64,000 nt of DNA from Anaeromyxobacter sp. (GCA_049840735.1 JASGJN010000026.1:520961-584960); one strand, 5' to 3'; counted from the stretch's first letter, positions 1 to 11,172 are shown. Made by a program: numbers and translations. Notes: generated by a model from the letters alone, not told the origin.

Positions 1-231
1 CCAGGCCCGGTTGACCAGCAGGATCCGGCCGTCCGGATCGAGGAAGGCGGCGGGGGACGGGCAGCGCTGCAGGCGCCTGCGCGCTCCGGCCAGCGCCTGC
101 GGCGCGGTGCCGAGCGCGATGACGCCGTCCGGTGGGGTGGCTTGCTTCTCGAGCCGCCCCTCGCGCGCGGAGCGCAGCTGGCCGGCCAGGCGGCGCAGGC
201 AGGCGGGGCAGGTCACGGCCGCGAGGGCCAT
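1..231 (-). CDS. PAS-domain protein, partial (runs off the window)
   Basis: Manual translation gives MALAAVTCPACL...AFLDPDGRILLVNRAW, a typical PAS start motif. The frame stays open upstream (IVHFWS...CP...). The ATG at 319, near an AGGAG, is one base out of frame across a G4A4 run, so the true start may be 319. Confidence 0.55.
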   Translation of the reverse strand, partial: MALAAVTCPACLRRLAGQLRSAREGRLEKQATPPDGVIALGTAPQALAGARRRLQRCPSPAAFLDPDGRILLVNRAW

Positions 232-471
232 GGTCCAGTTGTAGCTGGGGCCAGCTCCAGGGCACACGCTCCGCTTGGCCGCGGCGCTCCAGAAGTGGAC
301 GATCCGCGGTTTTCCCCATCCACCGCGCGCGCTCCTGCCTGGGGAGAAGAGGCGCCGAACATGCGCCCTCCCATCCGGCAAGGCGTCACCCTCGACGGGG
401 CAGCTAGCGCGGGTCAGGCCGCGGGGGGGCCCCCGGTCAGCGGGGCACTCCCGCAGCCGCAGCCGATCCGC

Positions 472-3400
472 TCAGGCGGCCAGCGCGGTGCTCCGCCGGC
501 CGCCGCTGACCTCGCCGCGCTTCCAGAGGAAGTAGACCGCCGGGTAGACCAGCAGCTCCATGAGGAAGCTGGTGATCAGGCCGCCCACCATGGGCGCCGC
601 GATGCGCTTCATCACGTCGGCGCCGGCGCCGGTGGACCACATGATGGGCAGCAGGCCCATCATGGCGGCGAACACCGTCATGGCCTTGGGGCGGACGCGC
701 TTCACCGCGCCGTGGATGATGGCCTCCACCAGGTCGGCCTCGGTGTTGAGCTTGCCCTGCTTCTTGTACTCGTCGTGCGAGAGGTCGAGGAAGAGCAGCA
801 TGAACACCCCGGTCTCGGCGTCGAGCCCCATCAGCGCGATCAGGCCCACCCAGACCGCGATGGAGACGTTGTAGTCGAGGGCCCAGAGCAGCCAGACCGC
901 GCCGATGGCGGAGAACGGCACCGCCAGCATCACGATGGACGCCTTGAAGGCGCTCTTGGTGTTCAGGTAGAGCAGGCCGAAGATGACCAGGATGGTGAGC
1001 GGCAGGATGGACTTCAGCCGCTCCTTCACGCGGAGCATGTTCTCGTACTGGCCGCTCCAGGTCATGGCGTAGCCGGCCGGCGTCTTGACGCTGGCCTCCA
1101 CCGCCTTCTTGGCCTCGGCCACGTAGCTGCCCACGTCGATCTTCGAGGTGTCGAAGTCCACGTAGACGTAGCCCGCCAGGAGCCCGTCCTCGTCGCGGAT
1201 CATCGACGGCCCCTGGGCCAGCTGCACGTCGGCGATCTCCTCCATGGGGATCTGGCCCTTGCCGCCCGGGAGCGGCAGCAGCACGCGCCGCAGCGCCGAC
1301 AGGTCCTCGCGGTAGTCGCGGGCGTAGCGGACGTTGATCCCGTACCGCTCGCGCCCCTCCACCGTGGTGCTCTGGTTGTCGCCGCCCACCGCGGTCATCA
1401 CCATCATGTTGGCGTCGTCCACCGAGAGGCCGTAGCGCGCCAGCTGCTCGCGCTTGAGCACGAAGTCGAGGAAGTAGCCGCCCGCCACGCGCTCGGCGTA
1501 GACGCTGCGGGTGCCCGGCACCTTGGAGACCGCCGCCTCGGTGTCCTTGGCGATCCGCTCGATGGTGGCCAGGTCGGCCCCCATGATCTTGATGCCGATG
1601 GGCGTCCGGATGCCGGTGGAGAGCATGTCCAGGCGCCCCTTGATGGGCATGGTCCAGGCGTTGGAGATGCCGGGCAGCTGGAGCGCCGCGTTCATCTCGG
1701 TCTCCAGGTCCTCCTGCGTGATGCGATCGCGCCAGAACGGGCGCAGCCCGGCCTTGAGCCAGTCCGGCGCCCAGCCGGAGTACCAGCGCGGCACCTCGCG
1801 CCACTCCTGCTCCGGCTTGAGGGTGATGGTGGTCTCCATCATCGTGAACGGCGCCGGGTCGGTGGAGGTGTTGGCGCGGCCGGCCTTGCCGAAGACCCGC
1901 TCCACCTCGGGGAAGGTGCGCAGGATCTTGTCCTGCAGCTGGAGCGCCTTCTGCGCCTCGGCCACCGACATGCCCGGCTCCACGGCGCTGGGCATGTAGA
2001 GGATGGTCCCCTCGCGCAGGGGCGGCATGAACTCCGAGCCCAGCTGCAGGTAGACCGGGATGCTGGTCAGCACCAGCAGCAGGCTCACGGCGATGGTGGC
2101 CTTGGCGTGGCGGACCACGAACCGGCACGGCCGCTCGTAGAGGTGGTGCAGCGCCCGGGAGATGGGGTGGCGCTCCTCGGAGTGGTACGTCCCCACCAGC
2201 GTGGAGGTGGCCAGCCTGGCCAGCATCCGGGGCCGGAAGGTGAAGGGCTCGATGCGCGCGAAGAGCATGCGCATGGCCGGGTCGAGGGTGATGGCCAGCA
2301 GCGCGGCGATGGCCATGGCCAGCGTCTTGGAGTAGGCCAGCGGCCGGAAGAGCCGGCCCTCCTGATCCACCAGCGTGAAGACCGGCAGGAAGGCGACCGC
2401 GATCACCAGCAGCGAGAAGAAGACGCCCGGCCCCACCTCCAGCAGCGCCTCCAGCCGGACCTGGTGGAAGTCGCCCTTCTTCCCGTCCTTCACCCAGTGG
2501 TGGATCTTGTTGTAGGCGTTCTCCACCTCGACGATGGCGCCGTCCACCAGCACGCCGATGGAGATGGCGATGCCGGCCAGCGACATGAGGTTGGCGTTGA
2601 GCCCCATGAAGTACATGGGGATGAAGGCCAGGGCCACCGACACCGGGATGGTGACGATGGGGATGATGGCCGAGGGGATGTGCCAGAGGAAGATGAGGAT
2701 GATGATCGAGACGATGATGATCTCCTCGATCAGCTTGTACTTCACCGTCTCGATGGCGTGGCCGATCAGCTCCGAGCGGTCGTAGGTGGTCACCACCTCG
2801 ACCCCCTTCGGCAGCGACGGCTTCACCTGCTCCAGCTTCGCCTTGATGCGGTTGATCACGTTGAGGGCGTTCTCGCCCTGCCGCATCACCACGATCCCGC
2901 CCACCGCGTCGCCCTGGCCGTCCAGGTCGGCCACGCCGCGGCGCAGCTCCGGCCCCAGCGCGACGGTGGCCACGTCCTCGATCTTGACCGGCGTGCCGCC
3001 CTCGGCGCGCAGCACCATGTTCTCGATGTCGGCGATGGACTTCACGTAGCCGCGGCCGCGGACCATGTACTCGCGCCCGGCCAGCTCCACCAGGCGCCCG
3101 CCGACGTCGTTGTTGTTGGCCCGCACCGCCTTGATGACCGCCTCCAGCGGCAGGCCGTAGGAGGCCAGCGCGTTGGGGTTGACGGTCACCTGGTACTGGC
3201 GCACCTGCCCGCCCACGGTGGCCACCTCCGAGACGCCGGGCACGCTCTGGATGGCGTAGCGGAGGAACCAGTCCTGGTAGGTGCGCAGCTCGTCGGAGGA
3301 GTGCTGCCCGGTCCGGTCCACCAGCGCGTACTGGAAGACCCAGCCCACGCTGGAGGCGTCCGGGCCCAGCTCCACCTTCACGTCGCGCGGCAGCTGCGGG

Positions 3401-3750
3401 GTGATCTTGGACAGGTACTCGAGCACGCGCGTGCGCGCCCAGTACATGTCCGTCCCGTCCTCGAAGATGACGTAGACGTAGCTGAACCCGAAGTCGGAGA
3501 AGCCGCGGATGGCCTTCACCTTGGGCGCGCCCAGCAGGGCCGCGGTGATCGGGTAGGTGACCTGGTCCTCCAGGATGTCCGGGCTGCGATCCCACTGCGA
3601 GTAGACGATCACCTGCGTGTCGGACAGGTCCGGCAGGGCGTCGAGCGGGATCTCCTTCATCGTCGCCCAGGCGCCCACCAGGGCGGCGATGGTGACGGCG
3701 ATGACGACGTACTTGTACTCCGCCGAGAAGCGGATGATGGCCTTGATCAC
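472..3750 (-). CDS. cusA: CusA/CzcA family heavy-metal RND efflux permease
   Basis: C-terminal part of ORF 472..5079. Motifs IPLDALPDLSDTQVIVY, ANLMSLAGIAISIGVLVDGAIVEVEN, AVKRVRPKAMT. GTG start overlaps the cusB stop. Confidence 0.95.
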   Translation of the reverse strand: MIKAIIRFSAEYKYVVIAVTIAALVGAWATMKEIPLDALPDLSDTQVIVYSQWDRSPDILEDQVTYPITAALLGAPKVKAIRGFSDFGFSYVYVIFEDGTDMYWARTRVLEYLSKITPQLPRDVKVELGPDASSVGWVFQYALVDRTGQHSSDELRTYQDWFLRYAIQSVPGVSEVATVGGQVRQYQVTVNPNALASYGLPLEAVIKAVRANNNDVGGRLVELAGREYMVRGRGYVKSIADIENMVLRAEGGTPVKIEDVATVALGPELRRGVADLDGQGDAVGGIVVMRQGENALNVINRIKAKLEQVKPSLPKGVEVVTTYDRSELIGHAIETVKYKLIEEIIIVSIIILIFLWHIPSAIIPIVTIPVSVALAFIPMYFMGLNANLMSLAGIAISIGVLVDGAIVEVENAYNKIHHWVKDGKKGDFHQVRLEALLEVGPGVFFSLLVIAVAFLPVFTLVDQEGRLFRPLAYSKTLAMAIAALLAITLDPAMRMLFARIEPFTFRPRMLARLATSTLVGTYHSEERHPISRALHHLYERPCRFVVRHAKATIAVSLLLVLTSIPVYLQLGSEFMPPLREGTILYMPSAVEPGMSVAEAQKALQLQDKILRTFPEVERVFGKAGRANTSTDPAPFTMMETTITLKPEQEWREVPRWYSGWAPDWLKAGLRPFWRDRITQEDLETEMNAALQLPGISNAWTMPIKGRLDMLSTGIRTPIGIKIMGADLATIERIAKDTEAAVSKVPGTRSVYAERVAGGYFLDFVLKREQLARYGLSVDDANMMVMTAVGGDNQSTTVEGRERYGINVRYARDYREDLSALRRVLLPLPGGKGQIPMEEIADVQLAQGPSMIRDEDGLLAGYVYVDFDTSKIDVGSYVAEAKKAVEASVKTPAGYAMTWSGQYENMLRVKERLKSILPLTILVIFGLLYLNTKSAFKASIVMLAVPFSAIGAVWLLWALDYNVSIAVWVGLIALMGLDAETGVFMLLFLDLSHDEYKKQGKLNTEADLVEAIIHGAVKRVRPKAMTVFAAMMGLLPIMWSTGAGADVMKRIAAPMVGGLITSFLMELLVYPAVYFLWKRGEVSGGRRSTALAA

Positions 3751-5264
3751 GGCGCGTGCCCCTGGTGCGCGTCGCCCTGGCCCGCCGCCGCCGGCGTGGC
3801 CGGCGCGCCCGCGCCCATGGCCGCCAGCGAGGCGCGCAGGCGCGACTCGGAGTCGATGAGGAAGTTGGCGCGGGTGACGACCTGGTCGCCCTCGCGCAGC
3901 CCGGTGACGACCTCGACGTGCGCGCCGTCGGAGTCGCCCAGCTCCACCTCGCGGGGCTGGAACTTGCCGTCGCCCAGCGCCACGAAGACCACGCTCTTGG
4001 TGCCGGAGTCGATCACCGCGTCGGAGGGGATGCGCAGCCCCTCGCGGCCGCGCCCCTGGAGCACCACCTCGCCGAACATCTCCGGCTTCAGCTCGCCGGT
4101 CGGGTTCCCGAACTCCAGGCGGACGTTGACGCTGCGGGTCTTCGGGTCGAGCAGCGGGGCGATGAAGGCGACGCGCCCCTGGAAGGTGCGGTTGGGGTAG
4201 GCCTTGAGCGTGAGCGTCGCCGACATGCCCACCTTCACGTGGCGCAGCTCGCTCTCGTAGACGTCCGCCACGACCCACACGCGCGAGAGGTCCACGATCT
4301 CGTAGGGCATGTCGCCGGCGTTGACGCGCATCCCCGGCACCACGTCCTTGCGCGTGATGACGCCGGTGGCCGGCGCGTAGAACATGACGTCCTTCACCGG
4401 CTGGCCGGTGCGGGCGATCTTGGCCAGCTCGCCCTCCGAGACGTCCCACAGCTCCAGCTTGCGCCGGGCCGCCGCCACCAGCTCGTCGCCGTCGCTGACG
4501 CCGGCCCCGCCGCCCTTCAGGGCGTCGCGGGTGCGCAGCGCCAGCAGGTACTCCTCCTGCGCGGCCAGCAGCTCGGGGCTGTAGAGCGCGAAGAGCGGCT
4601 CGCCCCTCCTCACCGCCTTGCCCACGAAGTCGCCGTGCGCGTGCTGCACGAAGCCGCCCACCTTGACGTTGACGTGGTGCACGCGCGTCTCGTCCACCGC
4701 CACGCGGCCGGTGGTGCGCCAGGCGCCGCCCACCGCGCCGCGGTCGGCCGCGACGGTGCGCAGCCCGATCAGCTGCTGGCGGGCCGGGTCGATGTTCACG
4801 GTGGCGAGCCCCTCCGCGTCGGAGGCGGCGGCCCCCGCCGCGCCGGCCGCGCCCGCCGCCACCTTGACCAGCTTCATGCCGCAGATCGGGCAGTCGCCGG
4901 GGTGGTCCTGGACGATGGTCGGGTGCATGGGGCACTGCCAGGTGTCGTGCGCGGCGGCCGCCGGCGCGTCCTTGGCCGCGGCCGCCCCGGCCCCGGCCAC
5001 CTTGACCAGCTTCATGCCGCAGATCGGGCAGTCGCCCGGGTGGTCCTGCACGATGGTCGGGTGCATGGGGCACTGCCACTGCTCCGCCGCCGCGGCCGGG
5101 CCGCCGCCGGCGCTGCCGTGGTCGTGGTCGCGGTGGAGGAACCAGCTGCCGCCCAGGGCCAGGCCGGCCGCGGCCAGGGCCACCAGCACGAGGCTGCCGG
5201 CGCCGAAGCGCGGGCCGCGGGGAGACGGGGAGGAGGGCTCGGGGGTCGTCATGGGGTCGGTCAC
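3747..5264 (-). CDS. cusB: CusB-type RND periplasmic adaptor with two tandem heavy-metal-binding domains
   Basis: Two WQCPMHPTIVQDHPGDCPICGMKLV motifs; MFP motifs LYSPELLAAQEEYL and LKPEMFG. Confidence 0.93.
   Translation of the reverse strand: MTDPMTTPEPSSPSPRGPRFGAGSLVLVALAAAGLALGGSWFLHRDHDHGSAGGGPAAAAEQWQCPMHPTIVQDHPGDCPICGMKLVKVAGAGAAAAKDAPAAAAHDTWQCPMHPTIVQDHPGDCPICGMKLVKVAAGAAGAAGAAASDAEGLATVNIDPARQQLIGLRTVAADRGAVGGAWRTTGRVAVDETRVHHVNVKVGGFVQHAHGDFVGKAVRRGEPLFALYSPELLAAQEEYLLALRTRDALKGGGAGVSDGDELVAAARRKLELWDVSEGELAKIARTGQPVKDVMFYAPATGVITRKDVVPGMRVNAGDMPYEIVDLSRVWVVADVYESELRHVKVGMSATLTLKAYPNRTFQGRVAFIAPLLDPKTRSVNVRLEFGNPTGELKPEMFGEVVLQGRGREGLRIPSDAVIDSGTKSVVFVALGDGKFQPREVELGDSDGAHVEVVTGLREGDQVVTRANFLIDSESRLRASLAAMGAGAPATPAAAGQGDAHQGHAP
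4858..5078. repeat. 83-bp near-identical direct repeat (4858-4940, 4996-5078) encoding the duplicated CPMHP domain
   Basis: Direct comparison shows two substitutions. Confidence 0.9.
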
Positions 5265-5271
5265 CTGGGGA

Positions 5272-6729
5272 TCACATTCCGGAGTTCATCGAGGAGGAGC
5301 CGCCGCTGGCCTCGGCCGGCGCCGCGGCCGCGGGCGCGCCGCCGCCGGACATCCCGCCGCCGGAGGCGCCCGCGCCCGGCACCGGGGTCCCGCCCATGCC
5401 GCCGCCCGCGCCCGCTCCGCCCGGCGCGTCGAGGCTGACCTCGCCCGCCGCGATGGCGAGCTGCTGGGCCCCCGCGGCGGCCTGCAGGAAGCCGTCCTCG
5501 TCGGCGATGTAGCCGGCGTTGGCCTCCAGCACGGAGGCGAAGGTGAGCTTGCCCACGCGGTACTGCGCCAGCGTGCTCTCGGTGGTGGCGCGGGACTGCA
5601 CCAGCAGCCCGTCGCGGTAGAGGCGCAAGGTCTCCAGCGCCGCCGCCAGCGCGTTCCGGCGCTCGGCCACGCGCAGCCGCAGCGTCTGGGCCACGGCCTC
5701 CTGGCCCTGCGCGCTGGCCACGCCGCGCGCCTGCCGCTCCTCGACCGCCTTGCCCTGCTTGCTGCCCGACCAGACCGGCAGGCCGATGGAGACGCTGGCC
5801 AGCCACATGGGCTCGAGCTGGCCGCGGGGCATCAGCCCCACCGTGAGCCCCAGGTCCGGGAAGCGCTCGCGCCGCGCCAGCGTGGTGCTGGCGTCGGCCT
5901 GCCGGGCCGAGAGGCGCGCCGCCGCCAGCTCCGGGCTGCGCGCGAGGGCGTCGTCCAGCGCGGCCTGCCCGTCCGGCAGCGCCGGCAGCGGCTGGTCGCG
6001 CAGCCGCGCGCCCAGCGCGATGGGCTCGTCCAGCGGGTGGTCGCGGAGCCGGTTGAGCGCCTGCAGCCGGGCGGTCTCGTCGGCCTGCAGCGCCACGCGG
6101 CGCTGGCGCAGCCGCACCAGCTCGAGCTGGGCGCGCAGCACGTCGGACTGGGCGCCCTCGCCGGCCTCGTAGCGCGCGCGCGCGGTGCCGATCGACTTCT
6201 GCCAGAGCGCCTCCAGCTGGTCGAGCAGCCCCAGCCGGTCGCGGACCAGCTGCAGCGCCAGGTAGGCGCGGCGGACCTCGGCCTCGGCCGTGAGGCGCTG
6301 GCGCGAGACGGTCGCCCCGGCGGCCTCGGCGGAGAGCCGGGCCACGTCCCGGCGCATGCCGCGCTTGCCCGGCCAGGGGAAGCTCTGGCTGAGCATGATC
6401 TGGTAGTAGCTCGTCTCCATCTCGCCGATCTGGATCTTCTCGAAGCCGTCGTTCTGGATGCCCAGCGAGAGGACCGGGTCGGGCAGCGCGCCGACCTGCG
6501 GGACGCGCGCGCGCTCGGCCGCCACGCTGGCCTCGGCCTGCTTCAGCTCCGGCCGCGCGGAGAGCGTGTCATCGATGAGCCCCCGCAGCACCGGGTCGTC
6601 CGGCGGCGTGGGGGGCAGCGGCTCGGTCGCGCCCGCCAGCGGCGCGGCCAGCAGGATGGCCAGCGCGGCCGCCAGCCGGGCGGGGCGCAGGGAGGGCAAC
6701 GTGCGTGGAGGGCAGGGGGGGAGGGTCAT
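5272..6729 (-). CDS. TolC family outer-membrane efflux protein with Met/Gly-rich tail
   Basis: Signal peptide; ALPDPVLSLG, QSFPWPGK, RERFPDL; first gene of the cus operon. Confidence 0.92.
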   Translation of the reverse strand: MTLPPCPPRTLPSLRPARLAAALAILLAAPLAGATEPLPPTPPDDPVLRGLIDDTLSARPELKQAEASVAAERARVPQVGALPDPVLSLGIQNDGFEKIQIGEMETSYYQIMLSQSFPWPGKRGMRRDVARLSAEAAGATVSRQRLTAEAEVRRAYLALQLVRDRLGLLDQLEALWQKSIGTARARYEAGEGAQSDVLRAQLELVRLRQRRVALQADETARLQALNRLRDHPLDEPIALGARLRDQPLPALPDGQAALDDALARSPELAAARLSARQADASTTLARRERFPDLGLTVGLMPRGQLEPMWLASVSIGLPVWSGSKQGKAVEERQARGVASAQGQEAVAQTLRLRVAERRNALAAALETLRLYRDGLLVQSRATTESTLAQYRVGKLTFASVLEANAGYIADEDGFLQAAAGAQQLAIAAGEVSLDAPGGAGAGGGMGGTPVPGAGASGGGMSGGGAPAAAAPAEASGGSSSMNSGM

Positions 6730-6745
6730 GTCCGGGCAGGTCCTT

Positions 6746-6761
6746 AGCGAACCGCGTGCCA
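6746..6761 (-). promoter_or_regulatory. sigma54 -24/-12 promoter of the tolC-cusBA operon
   Basis: Minus strand TGGCACG-CGGT-TCGCT with GG-N10-GC spacing, just upstream of the tolC start. Confidence 0.8.
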
Positions 6762-6823
6762 GCCGCCGGAGGCGCGGCAGAGCCCGAAAACCAGGGCTGG
6801 CCGGAGCTTAAGCGGCCTCCGGA

Positions 6824-6859
6824 GGCGCCGCCCCGGTCACGTGTGACGGCGGCAGTCAC
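6824..6859. promoter_or_regulatory. Putative enhancer-binding-protein sites, GTGAC-N7-GTCAC (perfect 6843-6859, degenerate 6824-6840)
   Basis: The same palindrome pair recurs at 8418-8454, upstream of a second sigma54 promoter. Confidence 0.6.
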
Positions 6860-6990
6860 GGAGGGGAAAGGGCGAAGCGGGGGCGTGAAGGCGTCGGGCT
6901 GGCGGGACCCGGGAGCCCTGCGCCTGGGCGGGGACGCCAGCCCCGCGTGATCGCCCGCTGGTCCGCGAGTTGCTACGCTGCCTCCCGCAC

Positions 6991-8417
<1,427 letters not shown>

Positions 8418-8421
<4 letters not shown>

Positions 8422-8454
8422 CCGCCCCGGTCTCACCGTGACCGGGACGGTCAC
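8418..8454. promoter_or_regulatory. Putative enhancer sites, GTGAC-N7-GTCAC (perfect 8438-8454, degenerate 8418-8434)
   Basis: Matches 6824-6859, including the shared CGCCCCGGTC. Confidence 0.6.
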
Positions 8455-8518
8455 AGGCGCCTGGCCGTGTGCGCTTGAATTTCACCCTTCCAGGGCCGTC
8501 TCTCGGGTGGAAACGCTC

Positions 8519-8534
8519 CGGCACGCCGCGTGCT
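8519..8534 (+). promoter_or_regulatory. sigma54 promoter of the cupredoxin gene
   Basis: CGGCACG-CCGC-GTGCT with GG-N10-GC spacing. Confidence 0.7.
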
Positions 8535-8568
8535 ATGGACCTGCTGCTCTGAGCCGTTTCGCGAACCC

Positions 8569-8619
8569 CCGCTCGCCCTGAGCGTAGCCCCGCCGGCAGG
8601 CGGGGCGGAGTCCAAGGGC
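8569..8619 (+). repeat. GTAG REP-like repeat
   Basis: CCGCTCGCCCTGAGC-GTAG-CCCCGCC ggca GGCGGGG-CGGAGTCCAAGGGC. Confidence 0.85.
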
Positions 8620-8643
8620 AGGGACCCACAGGAGCCGAACCGA

Positions 8644-9024
8644 ATGAACCGCATGCTGCTCGCCGTCTCCGCCGCCGCCGTCCTCTTCGCCGCCACCGCC
8701 TGCCGCGCCGAGGACCACTCCCAGCACATGAAGTCGGGCGCCGCTGCCAAGCCGGGCGCGCGCGTCGTCGCCGTGGAGATCACCGACGACGGCGTGAAGC
8801 CGGACCAGATCCAGGCCAAGGCGGGCGAGACGGTGCAGCTGGCCGTGACGCGGAAGACCGACAGGACCTGCATGACCCACATCGTCCAGAGCGACCTGGG
8901 CATCGACAAGGCGCTGCCGCTGGGCCAGACCGTGACCGTGGACGTGACGCCCAGGGCCGCCGGCAAGATCAAGTTCGTCTGCGGGATGGGGATGGACCTG
9001 GCGACGCTGGTGGTGACGAAGTAG
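8644..9024 (+). CDS. Secreted cupredoxin-domain protein
   Basis: Signal peptide; TCMTHI and KFVCGMGM metal-ligand motifs; AGGAG upstream. Confidence 0.85.
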   Translation: MNRMLLAVSAAAVLFAATACRAEDHSQHMKSGAAAKPGARVVAVEITDDGVKPDQIQAKAGETVQLAVTRKTDRTCMTHIVQSDLGIDKALPLGQTVTVDVTPRAAGKIKFVCGMGMDLATLVVTK

Positions 9025-9039
9025 CTGCACCCGAACCCT

Positions 9040-9089
9040 GCCCTTCGGCTGCGCGGGCCCTGCGGGCTCGCGACGCCCAGGGCGAACGG
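9040..9089 (-). repeat. Degenerate REP-like repeat
   Basis: CCCTTCGGCTGCG-hairpin-CGACGCCCAGGGCGAACGG, inverted relative to the 8569 copy. Confidence 0.65.
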
Positions 9090-9205
9090 GCCCGGTCGTG
9101 ACGCACGCGCCGGGGTCGGGCCGACGAGGCCTGGCTCCGGCGCGGCCGTCTCCGGCCGGCGCGGGCGCTGGCTGGGCCCCGCAGCAGGATTAAACCCGGG
9201 TGTTA

Positions 9206-9262
9206 TTGACGCCTGCCCGGCGAGGCGCTATGACGGGCTCGCGAATTTCATCCGGATGAAAT
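9206..9262 (+). promoter_or_regulatory. sigma70-like promoter plus perfect 18-bp operator palindrome
   Basis: TTGACG (9206-9211)-N17-TATGAC (9229-9234); ATTTCATCCGGATGAAAT (9245-9262). Confidence 0.65.
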
Positions 9263-9275
9263 CATCCGGCCGAGG

Positions 9276-9659
9276 ATGAGCATGACCGGGTCCACCGCAG
9301 ACCGCCGGGCCGAGCTGAAGCGCCAGGCGCGCGAGGAGAAGCCGCAGGCGGCCGTCTACCAGATCCGCAACCTCGGAACCGGCCAGCTGCTGGTGGAGCG
9401 CACGCCCAACGTGAAGACGCTCAACGGCCGCAAGGTGGAGCTGTCCCGCGGCGTGCACCGCAACGCCCGCCTGCGGGCGGACCTGGCCGCCCGGGGTCCC
9501 GGCGCGTTCGTCTTCGAGGTGCTGGAGATCCTGGAGGAGCCGGAGGACGGGCTGGCGTACCGGAACGACGCGCTCAAGCAGCTCGAGGCGAGGTGGATCG
9601 AGCGGCTCCAGCCGTGGGGCGAGCGCGGGTACCACGACGCGCCGGCCGGCGGCCAGTAG
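9276..9659 (+). CDS. Small GIY-YIG nuclease family protein
   Basis: AVYQIRN...GVHRNARLRAD...GPGAFVFEVLE pattern of stand-alone GIY-YIG-like proteins. Confidence 0.75.
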   Translation: MSMTGSTADRRAELKRQAREEKPQAAVYQIRNLGTGQLLVERTPNVKTLNGRKVELSRGVHRNARLRADLAARGPGAFVFEVLEILEEPEDGLAYRNDALKQLEARWIERLQPWGERGYHDAPAGGQ

Positions 9660-9668
9660 CCCGCCCGC

Positions 9669-10475
9669 TCAGTGCGTCCGCGCCCTGCGCCTGGACCTGC
9701 GCCGGACCAGCGGCGCCACCTCCAGGTTCCGGTCGCGGAACAGGAAGCCCTGCACCAGGTCCACGCCCAGCGCCTCGGCCACGGCCAGGTCGCCGCGCGT
9801 CTCCACGCCCTCCAGCACCGTGCGCACCCCGAGCCGCCGCGCCAGCCCCACCAGCGCCTCCACCAGCGCGCGGTGGCGCCAGTCGCGCAGGGCGGAGAGC
9901 GTGGACCGGTCGAGCTTCAGGTACTGCACGTCCAGCAGGCTCTCCAGCGAGACCAGCTTGCCCGGCGCGCCCAGATCGTCGAGCGCCACGCCCAGGCCGG
10001 CCAGCGAGAGCGCCTGGATCATGCCGCGGATCCGCTCGCCGTCGCCGTGGCACTCGGTCTCGATCAGCTCCACCACCACCCGGCCGCGCCCGGCCAGCTC
10101 GTCCACCAGCGGGAGCTGGCGCGCCTGGCAGCCGGCGAAGGCAAGCGGGTCCACGTTGACGAACAGGTGGCCGGAGGGCGCGTGATCGAGCTGCACGCGC
10201 TTGGCCGCCAGCTCGGCGTCGGCCAGCAGGGCCGGATCGAGCCGCAGCGCGGAGAAGACGCCGGCGGTGTCGAGCGGCGCGCCGCTGCGGGCGTGCAGGC
10301 GGGCGAGCGCCTCGTGGGCGCAGGCGGCGCCGCTGCGCACCTCGATCACCGGCTGGTAGCAGACGCCCAGCCGCCCGGCGTCGAGCGCCTCGCGCAGCGC
10401 GGCGGGGACGCGGGGGGCCCTGCGGGCGCGTTGGCGGGGGCGGGGGGTCGTCGTCAGGGCGGTGCCTCGGCTCAT
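9669..10475 (-). CDS. Stand-alone EAL-domain protein (c-di-GMP phosphodiesterase-like)
   Basis: YQPV, HEALARL, ALDDLG, KLDRS, EGVET, QGFLF motifs. Confidence 0.88.
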   Translation of the reverse strand: MSRGTALTTTPRPRQRARRAPRVPAALREALDAGRLGVCYQPVIEVRSGAACAHEALARLHARSGAPLDTAGVFSALRLDPALLADAELAAKRVQLDHAPSGHLFVNVDPLAFAGCQARQLPLVDELAGRGRVVVELIETECHGDGERIRGMIQALSLAGLGVALDDLGAPGKLVSLESLLDVQYLKLDRSTLSALRDWRHRALVEALVGLARRLGVRTVLEGVETRGDLAVAEALGVDLVQGFLFRDRNLEVAPLVRRRSRRRARTH

Positions 10476-10677
10476 GGGGTGGCTCTTGGCGAGGCTCCTG
10501 GAGAGGTGGCGGAGCCCGGGGGCGGATGCGGGCACCTACGGCGCACGCGCTCCACCCACCGGCTCCGACGTGTGCAATGCTCGGCGCGTCAGAATGCTTC
10601 CGGGTGTCTGCGGAAGTTTCGTCCAGCAGGCCCCGTCAGGGGGCGCCCAGCGCAGCCCCAGGCGTGCTTAGCTGCAC

Positions 10678-10693
10678 GCGCAAACGATTGCGC
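10678..10693. promoter_or_regulatory. LacI-family (RbsR/PurR-like) operator
   Basis: GCGCAAACGATTGCGC palindrome upstream of rbsD. Confidence 0.7.
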
Positions 10694-10752
10694 CAGCCCT
10701 TCGCCGGTTCAGCCGCCGGGGGAGCGGGCGCCCCGCCGCACCGGGAGGATCG

Positions 10753-11172
10753 ATGAAGCGCGGAACGCTGCTGCATCCCGAGCTCTCGATGGTGATCGCC
10801 GCGCTGGGCCACGGCGACACGGTGGTGATCGCCGACGCCGGCCTGCCGGTCCCGCACGGCGTGAAGCGGATCGACCTGGGGTTCGCGCCGGGCAAGCCGA
10901 GCTTCCTCGACGTGCTGGACGCGGTCCTGGCCGAGATGGAGGTGGAGGCCGCCACGGTGGCCTCGGAGCTCCACCTGGCCGAGTCCAGCGAGTTCCGCGA
11001 GGCGCTCCACGCCCGGCTGACCGCGCTCCCGAAGGTCACCCGAGCCGGTGGCCCCGTCATGGTGCCTCACGAGCAGCTGAAGGCCCTCACCCGGGACGCG
11101 AAGGCCATCATCCGCACCGGCGAGTTCACCCCCTACGCAAACGTGATCCTCACGAGCAGTGTCGTCTTCTAG
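10753..11172 (+). CDS. rbsD: D-ribose pyranase
   Basis: LGHGDTVVIADAGLP, IRTGEFTPYANVIL. Confidence 0.95.
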   Translation: MKRGTLLHPELSMVIAALGHGDTVVIADAGLPVPHGVKRIDLGFAPGKPSFLDVLDAVLAEMEVEAATVASELHLAESSEFREALHARLTALPKVTRAGGPVMVPHEQLKALTRDAKAIIRTGEFTPYANVILTSSVVF

